IMG/VR virus record: IMGVR_UViG_3300017991_005548
Location: 186,001-250,000 of that record
Reading direction: 5' to 3' (one strand)
Length of the DNA stretch: 64,000 nt
Under the pieces are notes generated by a model. It was not told where the DNA came from, did no database searches, and worked only from the letters and a program-made list of their open reading frames with translations. The position numbers and the translations under genes are program-made. Positions 9,678 to 19,432 of the stretch are shown piece after piece (the stretch's first letter is position 1; the number at the start of each line of letters is the position of its first letter).

Positions 9678-10421
9678 TTAAGATAGAATTTCTTGATAAT
9701 CAACTGAGTAGTTGACAGTTAGCCCAGCCGTGTTGGTTTCAATCTTTATCGCTTCGTCCAAAGAAAGAAGGTGAGGGTCACTATTGTAATGAGACAAATC
9801 AGTATTGGCAGTTTCATCAATTATTGCCGTTTCTGCATCCAAGCCAGGAACCGCAGTATCACTTGTGATTGATGCGGCGAAGCTTGTGTTCTCATTAAGT
9901 CCGAAAAGATGTCCAGCTATACTATACTGATCTGGCAAAGTTCCGTGCTCGTTAAACTCCAAATATTTAATTGTTCCTGAGCTAGGGGTAACTGTATATT
10001 CCCCAGTTGCGGCATCATATGCTACTGTAAAAGTCAAGCCCAATGCACTAAATGCTGAATTAGCATCCATTTGAGTTTCGAGTTCAGTTGCAAGTTCAGT
10101 ACCTGTGTAGAATCCAGTGTCTAATGTGATCTTCTGAGGTAACGTTTGAGGTGTCTGGAACCAAAGAAAATCATTTAAGTTTTCAAGAACGCTCCTGCCA
10201 CCAATAATACTTGCAGAATAATCTTTTGCGTTAGCATTGCTGAAGGCAAACTTAATGCCAACCACTTTCCAGTCGAGATTAGGAGAAAGTACTGTATCAA
10301 TAGCTGAAGCAGTAATATCAGCAACACCTTTGAGACTTTTTACGGTATCTTTCTTAGTTATCGCATCGACAGGAGTTGGCAAAGCTCTGAACACTCTATT
10401 AGGATAATATTTTATGGCCAT
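9678..10421 (-). CDS. Probable virion structural protein, 247 aa
   Basis: Ala/Thr/Ser beta-rich composition; first gene after an AGG-N19-GAA motif. Confidence 0.65.
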   Translation of the reverse strand: MAIKYYPNRVFRALPTPVDAITKKDTVKSLKGVADITASAIDTVLSPNLDWKVVGIKFAFSNANAKDYSASIIGGRSVLENLNDFLWFQTPQTLPQKITLDTGFYTGTELATELETQMDANSAFSALGLTFTVAYDAATGEYTVTPSSGTIKYLEFNEHGTLPDQYSIAGHLFGLNENTSFAASITSDTAVPGLDAETAIIDETANTDLSHYNSDPHLLSLDEAIKIETNTAGLTVNYSVDYQEILS

Positions 10422-10502
10422 TATATACTCCTTAGGTTAAATGAAAATAATGTTCGGTATATATTTCAAGAGATCACCCCCTTTACCCTTCTAGATATTA
10501 TA

Positions 10503-10538
10503 AAAGAAAACCCCTCCTACGAATGCAGGAGGGGTTCC
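10503..10538 (-). terminator. Rho-independent terminator
   Basis: AACCCCTCCT/AGGAGGGGTT stem followed by TTCTTTT. Confidence 0.8.
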
Positions 10539-10542
10539 TATC

Positions 10543-10875
10543 TTACGCCAGTGGAAATCCTTTAAAGTATTGCTCACCTTGTTCTTTGGTCATCGGATAG
10601 AAGGCTACAGCAGTCCAGCCGAATTCTTCGGGATAGTAAGTGTCATAGAAGAAGCGCATTTTTACGCCATCTTCTTTGGCTTTCTCAACAATGAATTCGG
10701 CTCTTCTTTTCTTAGCCTGAACCATGACCAAAGTCTGATCATAATTCACCCATTGTCCCATCCCTTCGTCCTATCCGTAGTCAAAGGTCAGCTTAGCCAA
10801 AGCATGAGCACCTTGGACTTTTCGCTGATCTCGACTAAGTTCAGATTTCGTCAATACAAAAACACACGTATCCAT
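10543..10875 (-). CDS. Pth2-like peptidyl-tRNA hydrolase with an in-frame TAG at 10771-10773
   Basis: GGAGG SD then MDTCVFVLTKSELSRDQRKVQGAHALAKLTFDYG*DEGMGQWVNYDQTLVMVQ...WTAVAFYP. QxxHA, WxN-xTL and TAVAxxP motifs lie on both sides of the stop. Confidence 0.7.
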
Positions 10876-10876
10876 C

Positions 10877-11254
10877 TTAGTCCTCCAATCCAGGAATGGT
10901 TAAATTGTAGTCAGACAGGATCTTCTTAAGCTCTCGAACGGCGAAAGAGTTTTCCCATCGTTCTCCACTAAAATCCGTAAGGAATTCCTGGTCAGACTCA
11001 TAAGAGCCAGTATGGGGGCGATTATGGCGAAGACGATTGTGGATGATATGACAAACAGTGATCCATCCACTACCAGCATAACGATGCTTTTCAAAACCTT
11101 TTTTGAAATCTTCGCGTTGTTCTTTGGAGGATTCGTACTTACCATCGTTCTCAGTAATGTATCCAACGATACAACCTTTGAGATAATCGATAGCTTTTCT
11201 TTGGGCGAGTTCTTCTTCGGACAGGATTGGTTGTTCTTTAACTTCAGTAGTCAT
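10877..11254 (-). CDS. Hypothetical protein, 125 aa
   Basis: AAGGAG SD; lies between the tRNA and the Pth2-like gene. Confidence 0.75.
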   Translation of the reverse strand: MTTEVKEQPILSEEELAQRKAIDYLKGCIVGYITENDGKYESSKEQREDFKKGFEKHRYAGSGWITVCHIIHNRLRHNRPHTGSYESDQEFLTDFSGERWENSFAVRELKKILSDYNLTIPGLED

Positions 11255-11394
11255 TTTTAGTTCTCCTTAATTTGATTTGACTATCTTTCATTACTTCTTT
11301 TGAACGAAAACGATAACCAACTCAAGGAGGACCTCGAATTACCTACGTGAAACCTTTAATTGTAAGAACCTATGTCATACCTTATCCTTTTTTT

Positions 11395-11469
11395 TGGTGC
11401 CCCTGCTGGGACTCGAACCCAGATTAGCAAGGTTAGAGCTTGCCGCTTTTGCCTTTAAGCTACAGAAGC
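11395..11469 (-). tRNA. Amber suppressor tRNA, anticodon CUA
   Basis: GCTTCTG TA GCTT AAAGGCAA AAGC G GCAAG CT-CTA-AC CTTGC TAAT CTGGG TTCGAGT CCCAG CAGGGGC A CCA: full cloverleaf with encoded CCA. Confidence 0.92.
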
Positions 11470-11529
11470 ATCTTCTACAGCCTATTATAACTCATGATTA
11501 CTTGTTGTCAAACTACTTTAAGAGATTTT

Positions 11530-12738
11530 TTAGAATCTTCTCCTAGAGTGTCTGGAAGCAACTGTTTTGGCTCCTTTAGAGTTCCTTCTGGATTGAGTTG
11601 GAACCTGCCTGTCGCCTTCTCTAATCGCAAATTCTTCACTGGCATGAATGTCAGATGCATACTGAGTTTCCCCCGATCCATGAAAAGATCTTCTAGTGTT
11701 GCCAGACAAAGTATTAATACTTCCTCCACTGGCAGTTGCTGGTCTGGAATTTCCTCCAGCCATCCTTAACATACGCATCTCTTCAGAATCTCCAGCCAAG
11801 TCAGTCGCTTCAAGATCAAGCATGGTTGCATTTGTAACGCCTCTTTCCCCACTTACTGTCGTCCCGTGAGTATAAATGTCATCTTCAGCTTCATATCTTG
11901 AATCATAAATCTCTAAACCAGGAACATACACTTCGTTCATATCTCCCGCGTTCTTAAGTAAATGATTCGCTTCATTTGGAGAAATGATACGGATTAATTT
12001 TTGCTTGAACAAATGCCAAAGATCTCGACTACTGGCAAGCTTTCTAGCTGAAACTGTTCCAAGATTCTTAGGCATATTTAATGGAAGATCTAACCCAATA
12101 TCGTTAATGGTTAAAGAAGCACAGTTCTCATTAACAACATAAGCATCCATTCCAATGGATTCCTCCATTGCCTTTCTCTCCATTAGCATTGCCTTCTCTT
12201 TCTTTACATTAATAGGGTCATCAGCGAAGATTTCAACTTGAATGTCTGATCTTTTATCCTTTGAATCTTTCACTGCTGATATCAACTCTTGATACGTCTT
12301 GATATAAGATAAGAAACTTGGATCTTGTGTTTGTTCAAACTGTCTGGGAACTTCCAACTCATCAGGAGTATAATAAGACCTATTGTTTTGACCTGGCTCT
12401 GGGGGCTGAGTCGCCGCTAATCTGTCAACAGGAGTCCTCTGTTGGTTCGAAATAGCTCCAACACCTGCCGTTTGCTGTTGATTATTGGAAAATATGTGAG
12501 AAACCGATGCATTCATCCCACCCTGGTCAATTGATGTCGGGGTGATCATAATACTAGTTTCCTTACTCATTAAATCATCAGCATTAATCTGATTATTACT
12601 ATGGTCTGAGAGGATTAATGTCCCTTCTCCCTTACCAGAATTAATTGAGTCAGCAGTTAAGACAATACTTCCGCCGTTTTGTAAGATGTTTCTCATCTTT
12701 TTACTCAAACTTATTTTACACTTTAAAGCAATTTGCAT
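11530..12738 (-). CDS. Hypothetical protein, 402 aa
   Basis: Long ORF, no recognised motif. Confidence 0.75.
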   Translation of the reverse strand: MQIALKCKISLSKKMRNILQNGGSIVLTADSINSGKGEGTLILSDHSNNQINADDLMSKETSIMITPTSIDQGGMNASVSHIFSNNQQQTAGVGAISNQQRTPVDRLAATQPPEPGQNNRSYYTPDELEVPRQFEQTQDPSFLSYIKTYQELISAVKDSKDKRSDIQVEIFADDPINVKKEKAMLMERKAMEESIGMDAYVVNENCASLTINDIGLDLPLNMPKNLGTVSARKLASSRDLWHLFKQKLIRIISPNEANHLLKNAGDMNEVYVPGLEIYDSRYEAEDDIYTHGTTVSGERGVTNATMLDLEATDLAGDSEEMRMLRMAGGNSRPATASGGSINTLSGNTRRSFHGSGETQYASDIHASEEFAIREGDRQVPTQSRRNSKGAKTVASRHSRRRF

Positions 12739-12749
12739 AATTTTTCTCC

Positions 12750-14225
12750 TTAAGCTCCATTTAACTCCATGATTCTTTTATAGACATTATCTATGGCCTG
12801 ATCCCAGGTGTAGAACTCTTCTAAATCTGACCTTAAATTATCAGCTTTGTCCAAAGAATCCTCGTAGTTTTCAAACACATATCTCATATGTGCTTTAGTT
12901 TCTTCAATCGCATTCCTTCCAAAATTTGGGAAGGTTTGGTCTTCATAAAAACGGCAGTGTTTTGCTAGTTTTCTCAGATGACCATTTGTTTCTGCTGTTA
13001 CAAGACCGTCTGGTGCAACCATATATGCATTGCTGTCGTTTAAGAAATCTGAATGACCAGAACAATCGCTTGCAATTACGGGCATTCCACTTGCTCCAGC
13101 TTCTGCATATGGAAGTCCAAATCCCTCACCGCGAGAGATTAAAACAAAGGCATCAGCAGAACCATAGATATTGGGCATATACCTTTCTGGAATCTCGTTA
13201 TCATACAAAGCGATATGAGGCAACTCATCATCACTTTTATTTATAGATTCTCTAATTCCTGCGAAATCTTTCTGGATCTGGTTTTGATCATTAAAAGCTT
13301 CTGCTCTGGATACAAGAAGTAATGTGACATTGTCATCTGCCGAAAATTCTTCCATAAATGCTTTTAGAAGTATGTCGTAACCTTTTCTATATCCCCATTT
13401 GAATACACTTAGAAAGACAAAATCATTTAACTCCTGATTGAAATCGAAATCTTTTCTGTCAGGAGTGTATCTATCCACATCAACTCCTAAAGGCATAACC
13501 AAAACTGGGGGATGAACCCCATTTTGCTTAAACATTTCTTGAGCGAATCTAGTTGGAACCCATATCTCATCAAAGAGATTAAGCTTCCCAACATAATCTG
13601 GATGCAGAGAACCAGAAGTTTCCATCATTGTGTAAAGAATTCTCCTTCCACCATGGAACATATTCAAAGGTATCGTAGCTCCAAATATTTTTGGGGCATT
13701 GTCAGCAATGGCTGTTCTACTCATTCTTCGAATTTGCTTCTCAGTTTCTTCATTCACATGAACATCTGACTCCTGAATATCAAGCTTAACTCTTAATCCT
13801 CTATTAGCAAGTCCAAATGCAAAGGCTCTATTCATTCGACTAAACCCTGCATAACTGGTGAAATGCCCGTACCAATGAACACTTGGGTTATTACTCAGGT
13901 CATAATTTATGTTGTAGGACTCTTGCACTTTTACCTCCCGTATAGGAATTTTTTTGGGCTTTATCTCTCTACTCTCTTTAACTGTGGGTTTATGACCTTT
14001 TAAAGCATCATATTCTTCAATTAAAGACACTGTTCCATTTGACCCATCCGATTCAATAACTACTGTTTGAAATTCTTGAGGGCCATCTGGATGCTTCCAA
14101 CACTCAACAAAATCTGGCAGTTCAATATCTGGATCGTCATTTTCAGTATTTAGAATCTTCATCTCTGGCTTTGGCACTATGACTCTTTCACATGCCAATT
14201 CATATGCCGACTTAATTTTTGACAT
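12750..14225 (-). CDS. GT-B glycosyltransferase, family 4-like
   Basis: SRGEGFGLPYAEAGASGMPVIASD and KWGYRKGYDILLKAF motifs. Start uncertain (14225 or 14240); the ORF-track start at 14411 overlaps the divergent gene. Confidence 0.85.
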   Translation of the reverse strand: MSKIKSAYELACERVIVPKPEMKILNTENDDPDIELPDFVECWKHPDGPQEFQTVVIESDGSNGTVSLIEEYDALKGHKPTVKESREIKPKKIPIREVKVQESYNINYDLSNNPSVHWYGHFTSYAGFSRMNRAFAFGLANRGLRVKLDIQESDVHVNEETEKQIRRMSRTAIADNAPKIFGATIPLNMFHGGRRILYTMMETSGSLHPDYVGKLNLFDEIWVPTRFAQEMFKQNGVHPPVLVMPLGVDVDRYTPDRKDFDFNQELNDFVFLSVFKWGYRKGYDILLKAFMEEFSADDNVTLLLVSRAEAFNDQNQIQKDFAGIRESINKSDDELPHIALYDNEIPERYMPNIYGSADAFVLISRGEGFGLPYAEAGASGMPVIASDCSGHSDFLNDSNAYMVAPDGLVTAETNGHLRKLAKHCRFYEDQTFPNFGRNAIEETKAHMRYVFENYEDSLDKADNLRSDLEEFYTWDQAIDNVYKRIMELNGA

Positions 14226-14304
14226 AAGTAGAATTTGCATACCCTTTTGTGCATTATACATATTTTCAGGGTATAATTTAGTAAACCGCATAGGAGAACA
14301 GACA

Positions 14305-14628
14305 ATGAAAAGATGGGAAGCTGTAGGTAAAAATGATAGTGAGATCAATGAAGATGACATCAATTGGGAGTTGGTAAAAAACAGAGTCAAGTCTCTCCAA
14401 TTAAACAACAATGGTCAAATCATCCGTTTGCCTGACAATATGGAATATATACAAGGGAAGACTGCCAGTGCCAATCTTATGGGTGGAAAAGTTCAGATTG
14501 AATCTAGGTATGTTGGCATAAAAGTTGGAAATAATATAGTTAAGATACGAGTGGATGAAAAAACCAACGATATTTCCATAGAGGTAGAAGATGACCCCAA
14601 TTACATACCTAATCCAAAACAGGACTAG
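14305..14628 (+). CDS. Hypothetical protein, 107 aa
   Basis: GGAG SD before MKRWEAVGK; divergent TATAAT promoter at about 14273. Confidence 0.7.
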   Translation: MKRWEAVGKNDSEINEDDINWELVKNRVKSLQLNNNGQIIRLPDNMEYIQGKTASANLMGGKVQIESRYVGIKVGNNIVKIRVDEKTNDISIEVEDDPNYIPNPKQD

Positions 14629-15016
14629 AATTCCCATCAATACTTTGGATGCAAAGTCCTTAACATTTGGTATGGTGGCTCCAAACGAAACGGCCCAAAC
14701 CAATATCGTACAGCTTTATGTACCAGATGCCGCCGCAATTACCAATATTCGACTTGCATTAATCGATACTGGAGGTATAATGTTTGGATCTACTACTTTT
14801 GGAGTAGATAACAGATCGTTTATCGACAATAATGTAGTACCCGAATCATTTTTTCAAGGTGTTAGCGACAAAAGCGTAAATTCGCCTTACAATATATCAG
14901 TAGCAAACCTAAATAGATTAGCCAGTGAGTACATATATCTGAATGTGGATATCCCAATTGGTCAAACTTTTATCGCTGGAACAATAAGATATCAATGGCT
15001 TTTTGACTATGCATAG
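14591..15016 (+). CDS. Hypothetical beta-rich protein, 141 aa
   Basis: GAGGT SD; operon with the CCA enzyme. Confidence 0.65.
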   Translation: MTPITYLIQNRTRIPINTLDAKSLTFGMVAPNETAQTNIVQLYVPDAAAITNIRLALIDTGGIMFGSTTFGVDNRSFIDNNVVPESFFQGVSDKSVNSPYNISVANLNRLASEYIYLNVDIPIGQTFIAGTIRYQWLFDYA

Positions 15017-15023
15017 GGGTAAT

Positions 15024-17030
15024 ATGAGAGTACAAATACAACCAACAAAAGACGAACAAGAGCTTTTTGAACTATTAAGGAATACAGTTAAGAAAGTGGC
15101 CCCTGGAACTTCATTAAGAGTTGCAGGCGGGTGGGTTCGTGACAATCTTCTAGGGAAGAAGTCAAATGACATTGATTTCATGGTTGACAACATGTCTGGA
15201 GAGCAAATTGCTCGATTAATCACAAATGAGCTTGGTCTAAGTGGACCCCATGTTGTTCAAGCAAACCCAGATGCCTCCAAACATTTGGAAACCGCTGGAG
15301 CAGAAATCCCCATATCAAATGGCAAGGTGTTTGATCTTGATTTTGCCATCGCAAGACAAGAAATTTACCATGATGACTCAAGAATTCCTGAGATCAAACC
15401 AGCGACTCCAGAAGAAGACGCTTTCAGAAGGGATTTGACCATTAATTCTATGTTCTACAATATTATGACTGGAGAACTGGAAGATTTCACTGGAAGAGGA
15501 ATGGAAGATCTTAAGAGTAGAACAATTAAAACTCCTGAAGACCCACTGAAAACATTCAAAGATGACCCTTTAAGAATTTTCAGAACTATTCGTTTCGCTT
15601 CAAGGTACAATGGTAATATTGACCCAGAAACACTTTCTGCTATGAATAATCCAGAATTACATAGCGAAATTAGAGAAAAAGTGTCAAAAGAGAGGATTCA
15701 AGAGGAACTCTTCAAAACAATGAAGGGACCAAATCCTCTGATGGCCATCAATTTGCTGAAAGAAACTGGCATATTCAGAGACATCATAGAAGATGCTGTC
15801 AAAGGTAGTAAATTTGAAGGAAAAATCGCTCCACTTGACATGGAGCAGAACAATCCTCATCATGAGCTAACGGTTTGGGGTCACACCCTAAAAGTTGTCG
15901 AAAATCTGTTGATGTACTATCCAGACACAGATCCTGAGAAACGTGCTATCATGATCCTAACAGCGGTTATGCATGATTTAGGGAAGCTTTATTACGACAT
16001 TCATGTCGATAAGGGGGATCAAACTTCTTACTATGGACATGCAGACGCTAGTGGTGAAATTGCTGAGATGATTATGCGTTACTTGAAGTTTAATAACAAA
16101 ATGATTGATCAAGTCTCCAAGATGTCAAAGCATCATATGAGAGTTCACTTGGTTGAAAATGACAAAAACTTAAGTGGCGAAGGAAAACGTTTGGCATTTT
16201 TCAGAAAATTTATTAGAAAGATGCTGGCTGAAGGTATCGATGCGATGGACATAATGAATCTTTCTATTGCTGATGCTTATAGCAAAGGTCACAAAATTGT
16301 TGATCCTTCAGTAGTTAAAAACTATCAACTTTTAAAAACTCAACTTGAGCAGGCTTTGGCTTCAATAAGTGTTGACCAAAATCAAAAGAAAGTTGTCCCA
16401 GTGTTGAATGGACGAGAAATTATGACTATTCTAAACATTAATCCTGGGTGCATGGTTGGTGATGCGACTAGATTTGTTTATGAGTTAATGGATGAGAATC
16501 CTAAAATCACCAAAGATGAGGCCGCAGAAAGATTAGTTGAAGAGTTCGCACACAAAATTGACAACGAAGAAAAAATTAGGCAAGCTTCTGCATGTCCAAA
16601 GCATCTTCTGTTTAGCAAGATTGATGAAATAAAAGAAGCGATTAATGATGAGAATTGTGACAGAGCAATTACAATTATGACCACTCTCAAGAAAGAGAAT
16701 GAAGATGACGAAAGTGTATATGCAGAAATTGCGAACCGTATGCTTGATGTCTTGCTTATAGACCGTTCGAAAAGGAACTTTGAACTTCTAGGTTATGTAT
16801 TTGACAAAGCAATAGATAACTTCTTTGATGTAGAAGTTTGCATACCTGTTCTTGGAATCTTGTTACTCTTAAAGACAGGTACAAAAGAAGAGCATATAGA
16901 AACATTATGTGAAAGAATGAAGAACATGGCGAATGATAAATTACAAGTCATGTTAAAGAAATTACCTGATGATGCTTATCATAAGAAATTCATAAAAAGG
17001 TTAAAGAATGGAAGATGTAACTGCAAATGA
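15024..17030 (+). CDS. cca: Class II tRNA nucleotidyltransferase (CCA-adding/poly(A) polymerase family) with HD domain
   Basis: VAGGWVRD..DIDF, EDAFRRDLTINS, DDPLRIFRTIRF, SKERIQEEL, then HHELTVWGHT and MHDLGK. Confidence 0.88.
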   Translation: MRVQIQPTKDEQELFELLRNTVKKVAPGTSLRVAGGWVRDNLLGKKSNDIDFMVDNMSGEQIARLITNELGLSGPHVVQANPDASKHLETAGAEIPISNGKVFDLDFAIARQEIYHDDSRIPEIKPATPEEDAFRRDLTINSMFYNIMTGELEDFTGRGMEDLKSRTIKTPEDPLKTFKDDPLRIFRTIRFASRYNGNIDPETLSAMNNPELHSEIREKVSKERIQEELFKTMKGPNPLMAINLLKETGIFRDIIEDAVKGSKFEGKIAPLDMEQNNPHHELTVWGHTLKVVENLLMYYPDTDPEKRAIMILTAVMHDLGKLYYDIHVDKGDQTSYYGHADASGEIAEMIMRYLKFNNKMIDQVSKMSKHHMRVHLVENDKNLSGEGKRLAFFRKFIRKMLAEGIDAMDIMNLSIADAYSKGHKIVDPSVVKNYQLLKTQLEQALASISVDQNQKKVVPVLNGREIMTILNINPGCMVGDATRFVYELMDENPKITKDEAAERLVEEFAHKIDNEEKIRQASACPKHLLFSKIDEIKEAINDENCDRAITIMTTLKKENEDDESVYAEIANRMLDVLLIDRSKRNFELLGYVFDKAIDNFFDVEVCIPVLGILLLLKTGTKEEHIETLCERMKNMANDKLQVMLKKLPDDAYHKKFIKRLKNGRCNCK

Positions 17031-17616
17031 AGTCGCTTCATACGTTGAGGCATTAAATGTAGCCAATATGGATGGCGAGATAAAGAAACCAGAAGTGCTT
17101 GGAGTTTTGCAATCTCTTCCATCCCCAAATCACATCAAAAGATACTTATCAAATGAAGAAGCAAGAGTCTTGTTTGAAAGCATCCGATGGATTTGGAAAG
17201 AAACAAGTGGTAAAGATATTAGTGAGACATTTAATTTCGAGCCTGCTCCAGAATCATTGCTAGGAAATTACTGGATGCTAAGGAATGGTCTGATCTTTCA
17301 TGGTATCAACCATTATGGCATCATTAAAAGAAATATGACGCTCTTTTCTAACGTCCTGAAGTTAGAGCCGTTTGTACTGCATCAGAAGCTTGCAGGCATA
17401 CCACAAGACCTAATTAAGTACGTTATAGACAATGGGGGGATGAGAATCTTCGTTACGGCTGACAAAAGAGCATATTTCCAAATGAATGATCAGGTTTATG
17501 CCAATTGGGGTAGGGCCAAAGTTAAAGGACTGGACTTCGGAAACAAAGTGGTCAAACTTGTTGACCCCACTACCCGATTTGACGGTTGGAACTCTGGAAT
17601 TACCTTAAAACTCTAG
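17008..17616 (+). CDS. Hypothetical protein, 202 aa
   Basis: Coupled to cca; convergent stop overlaps the next gene (CTAG). Confidence 0.7.
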   Translation: MEDVTANEVASYVEALNVANMDGEIKKPEVLGVLQSLPSPNHIKRYLSNEEARVLFESIRWIWKETSGKDISETFNFEPAPESLLGNYWMLRNGLIFHGINHYGIIKRNMTLFSNVLKLEPFVLHQKLAGIPQDLIKYVIDNGGMRIFVTADKRAYFQMNDQVYANWGRAKVKGLDFGNKVVKLVDPTTRFDGWNSGITLKL

Positions 17617-19370
17617 TTCATAAAGAACGGGTCATCATCATCGTCGTCGTCATCAAATTCTACAGGTGGCAGATCTTCCTCAGGATGTTTTCTCTTAGGT
17701 GGCAATGGTTCGTCTTTCGTTGAAGGGCCAAACAATGATGCAAGTTCTGCTTCAAAATCTACATCATCCCATATCAACTCATCAAGATCTTCTTCTGCAC
17801 CAGGAGAAAGTGGGTCTGATGGATCAACTTCTGCACCATCGATAGCATCTCCAGTACCTTCATCAATGTCACCAGCATCTTTGTCTTCTTCATCTGTTTC
17901 GGTTTCCCAGAAACCAGTTTCATCCAACTGATCTTTGAATCGATTCAGAATTTCTTTCGCTTCTTCTTGATCACTAATAATATAACTTGATGCTTCGAAA
18001 AGCTCTTGTACTGGTCCAGCACCCATATATCCAACCAATCCTAATCCAACGATATCTTCTGGTTTACATTGCATGAATCTTCTGAAGTTCTCAGGACCAA
18101 TCTGCATTTGCATTTGCTCATTTACCAATTCATCTGATTCTTTTAGAATGGCAATCGCCTCTTCCATCTCCAAAGGACGTTGTCCTCTGCTTGCTCTAGA
18201 CTCATTGTCCAATTGGTGATCAGTTGCTTTTGAGAAAATACCCTTGGTAAGTTCCTGACAAATAATAATAAAGTTCATACCTTGAGCTACAGTGTTACCT
18301 TCATCATCATTATGACTCCAACCAGTTCCTTTTTGGCCTAACTGATCAGCCATCATCCTAACCATCTCTGGATCGATGTAATAAAAATGCTGACACATCA
18401 AATTAGAGAACTTTTCATAAAGTCCTAAGAGTTGAGGATTAATGTCATTGATCGCACCTTGGACTTCTTCCATCTCAGTTACATCAAATAATTCATTAAG
18501 TCCTGCGCCTTGAGCCAATGAATTCATGATGATGCGTTTGTTAATTTCACCTTCAAGTTCTGGAGTTATTTCAATATCTACTTCTGGGAAGTCTTCTTCA
18601 CCTGAAGGACCCATCTCTTCCATATATTTGATTTCTAACTCATCCCTATCAACATTCCATTTACGAGAGATAACGTCTTTTGCGAGGTCCATCAACTGCT
18701 CTTCATTTCCTTGTTCCAAAGCTTGGATTTCTCTAAGGAGTCCAAGAATCTGCATCATAACTTGTTGAATGTTAGTGTTTACAGGGATATCCTTCTCTTC
18801 TGCAATATTCGTAATATATTCATAGTTTGCGCGAGCTAGTTCATCACCATAATGAGAAAGCACTGGATTTTGAGAAAGGATATTGTTTTGAGGAATATCT
18901 TGCCAGAAATTTCTTACACCTCTTTGTACTGAGGCATCGTAATCAGCGGCGGCGACCTTCTGTTCAAGAAGACGGATTTCGTAACCACTTATCTTTTTTT
19001 TTAACTCCGAAGTAATGGTCGGCAAGTTATCAGGGGATACTTGTGCGGCCAATGGAAGATCTTCTTCTGGTTCTTCAGCTTTAGGTTTTGGTTGTACGAT
19101 AGGTTTAGGATTACGTGGTCTTCTTTTCCCAGGTTTTCCAGGCTTAGTCTTTTCTCCTGGTGTAGTTCTGGGTTTGGTTGTTGGAGCGGCTGGAGCAGGT
19201 CCTGATCTTTCGGTTGATGGAGCAGGTTCAGCTTCTCTTACCATATCTTCTGCTTGAACAACTAAATTGCCATCTTCGTCTAGCCATCCAGCTTTTTTAC
19301 CAAATTCTTCCCAATCTTTTTGAGACAATTTAACGGTCTTTTTGCCATTGGCGTTTTTTATAATTTTCAT
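17613..19370 (-). CDS. Leader-bearing protein, 585 aa (MKIIKNAN), Pro/Lys-rich linker, acidic tail
   Basis: Long ORF after an AGG-N19-GAA motif. Confidence 0.8.
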   Translation of the reverse strand: MKIIKNANGKKTVKLSQKDWEEFGKKAGWLDEDGNLVVQAEDMVREAEPAPSTERSGPAPAAPTTKPRTTPGEKTKPGKPGKRRPRNPKPIVQPKPKAEEPEEDLPLAAQVSPDNLPTITSELKKKISGYEIRLLEQKVAAADYDASVQRGVRNFWQDIPQNNILSQNPVLSHYGDELARANYEYITNIAEEKDIPVNTNIQQVMMQILGLLREIQALEQGNEEQLMDLAKDVISRKWNVDRDELEIKYMEEMGPSGEEDFPEVDIEITPELEGEINKRIIMNSLAQGAGLNELFDVTEMEEVQGAINDINPQLLGLYEKFSNLMCQHFYYIDPEMVRMMADQLGQKGTGWSHNDDEGNTVAQGMNFIIICQELTKGIFSKATDHQLDNESRASRGQRPLEMEEAIAILKESDELVNEQMQMQIGPENFRRFMQCKPEDIVGLGLVGYMGAGPVQELFEASSYIISDQEEAKEILNRFKDQLDETGFWETETDEEDKDAGDIDEGTGDAIDGAEVDPSDPLSPGAEEDLDELIWDDVDFEAELASLFGPSTKDEPLPPKRKHPEEDLPPVEFDDDDDDDDPFFMN

Positions 19371-19432
19371 AATATCAATATCCTCTAAAAACTAATTGAT
19401 GTTTAATTCCAATTAAGGTAGTAATAATCCTT

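Noticed and set aside
11395-11469. Pyrrolysine tRNA (pylT)
   Set aside because: Canonical TTCGA T-loop, 5-bp anticodon stem, 8-nt D-loop and 2-nt connector, unlike tRNA-Pyl; no pyl genes in the window
12750-14411. ORF-track starts for GT4 (14411), and likewise 14179, 21869, 22348, 23167, 50950 and 55962
   Set aside because: They overlap neighbouring genes or promoters; downstream ATGs mostly have better SD, leader or promoter context
16570-16600. IRQAS in the CCA enzyme as a maturation cleavage site
   Set aside because: The gene lacks the leader and the late-type promoter motif; a single short motif is expected by chance
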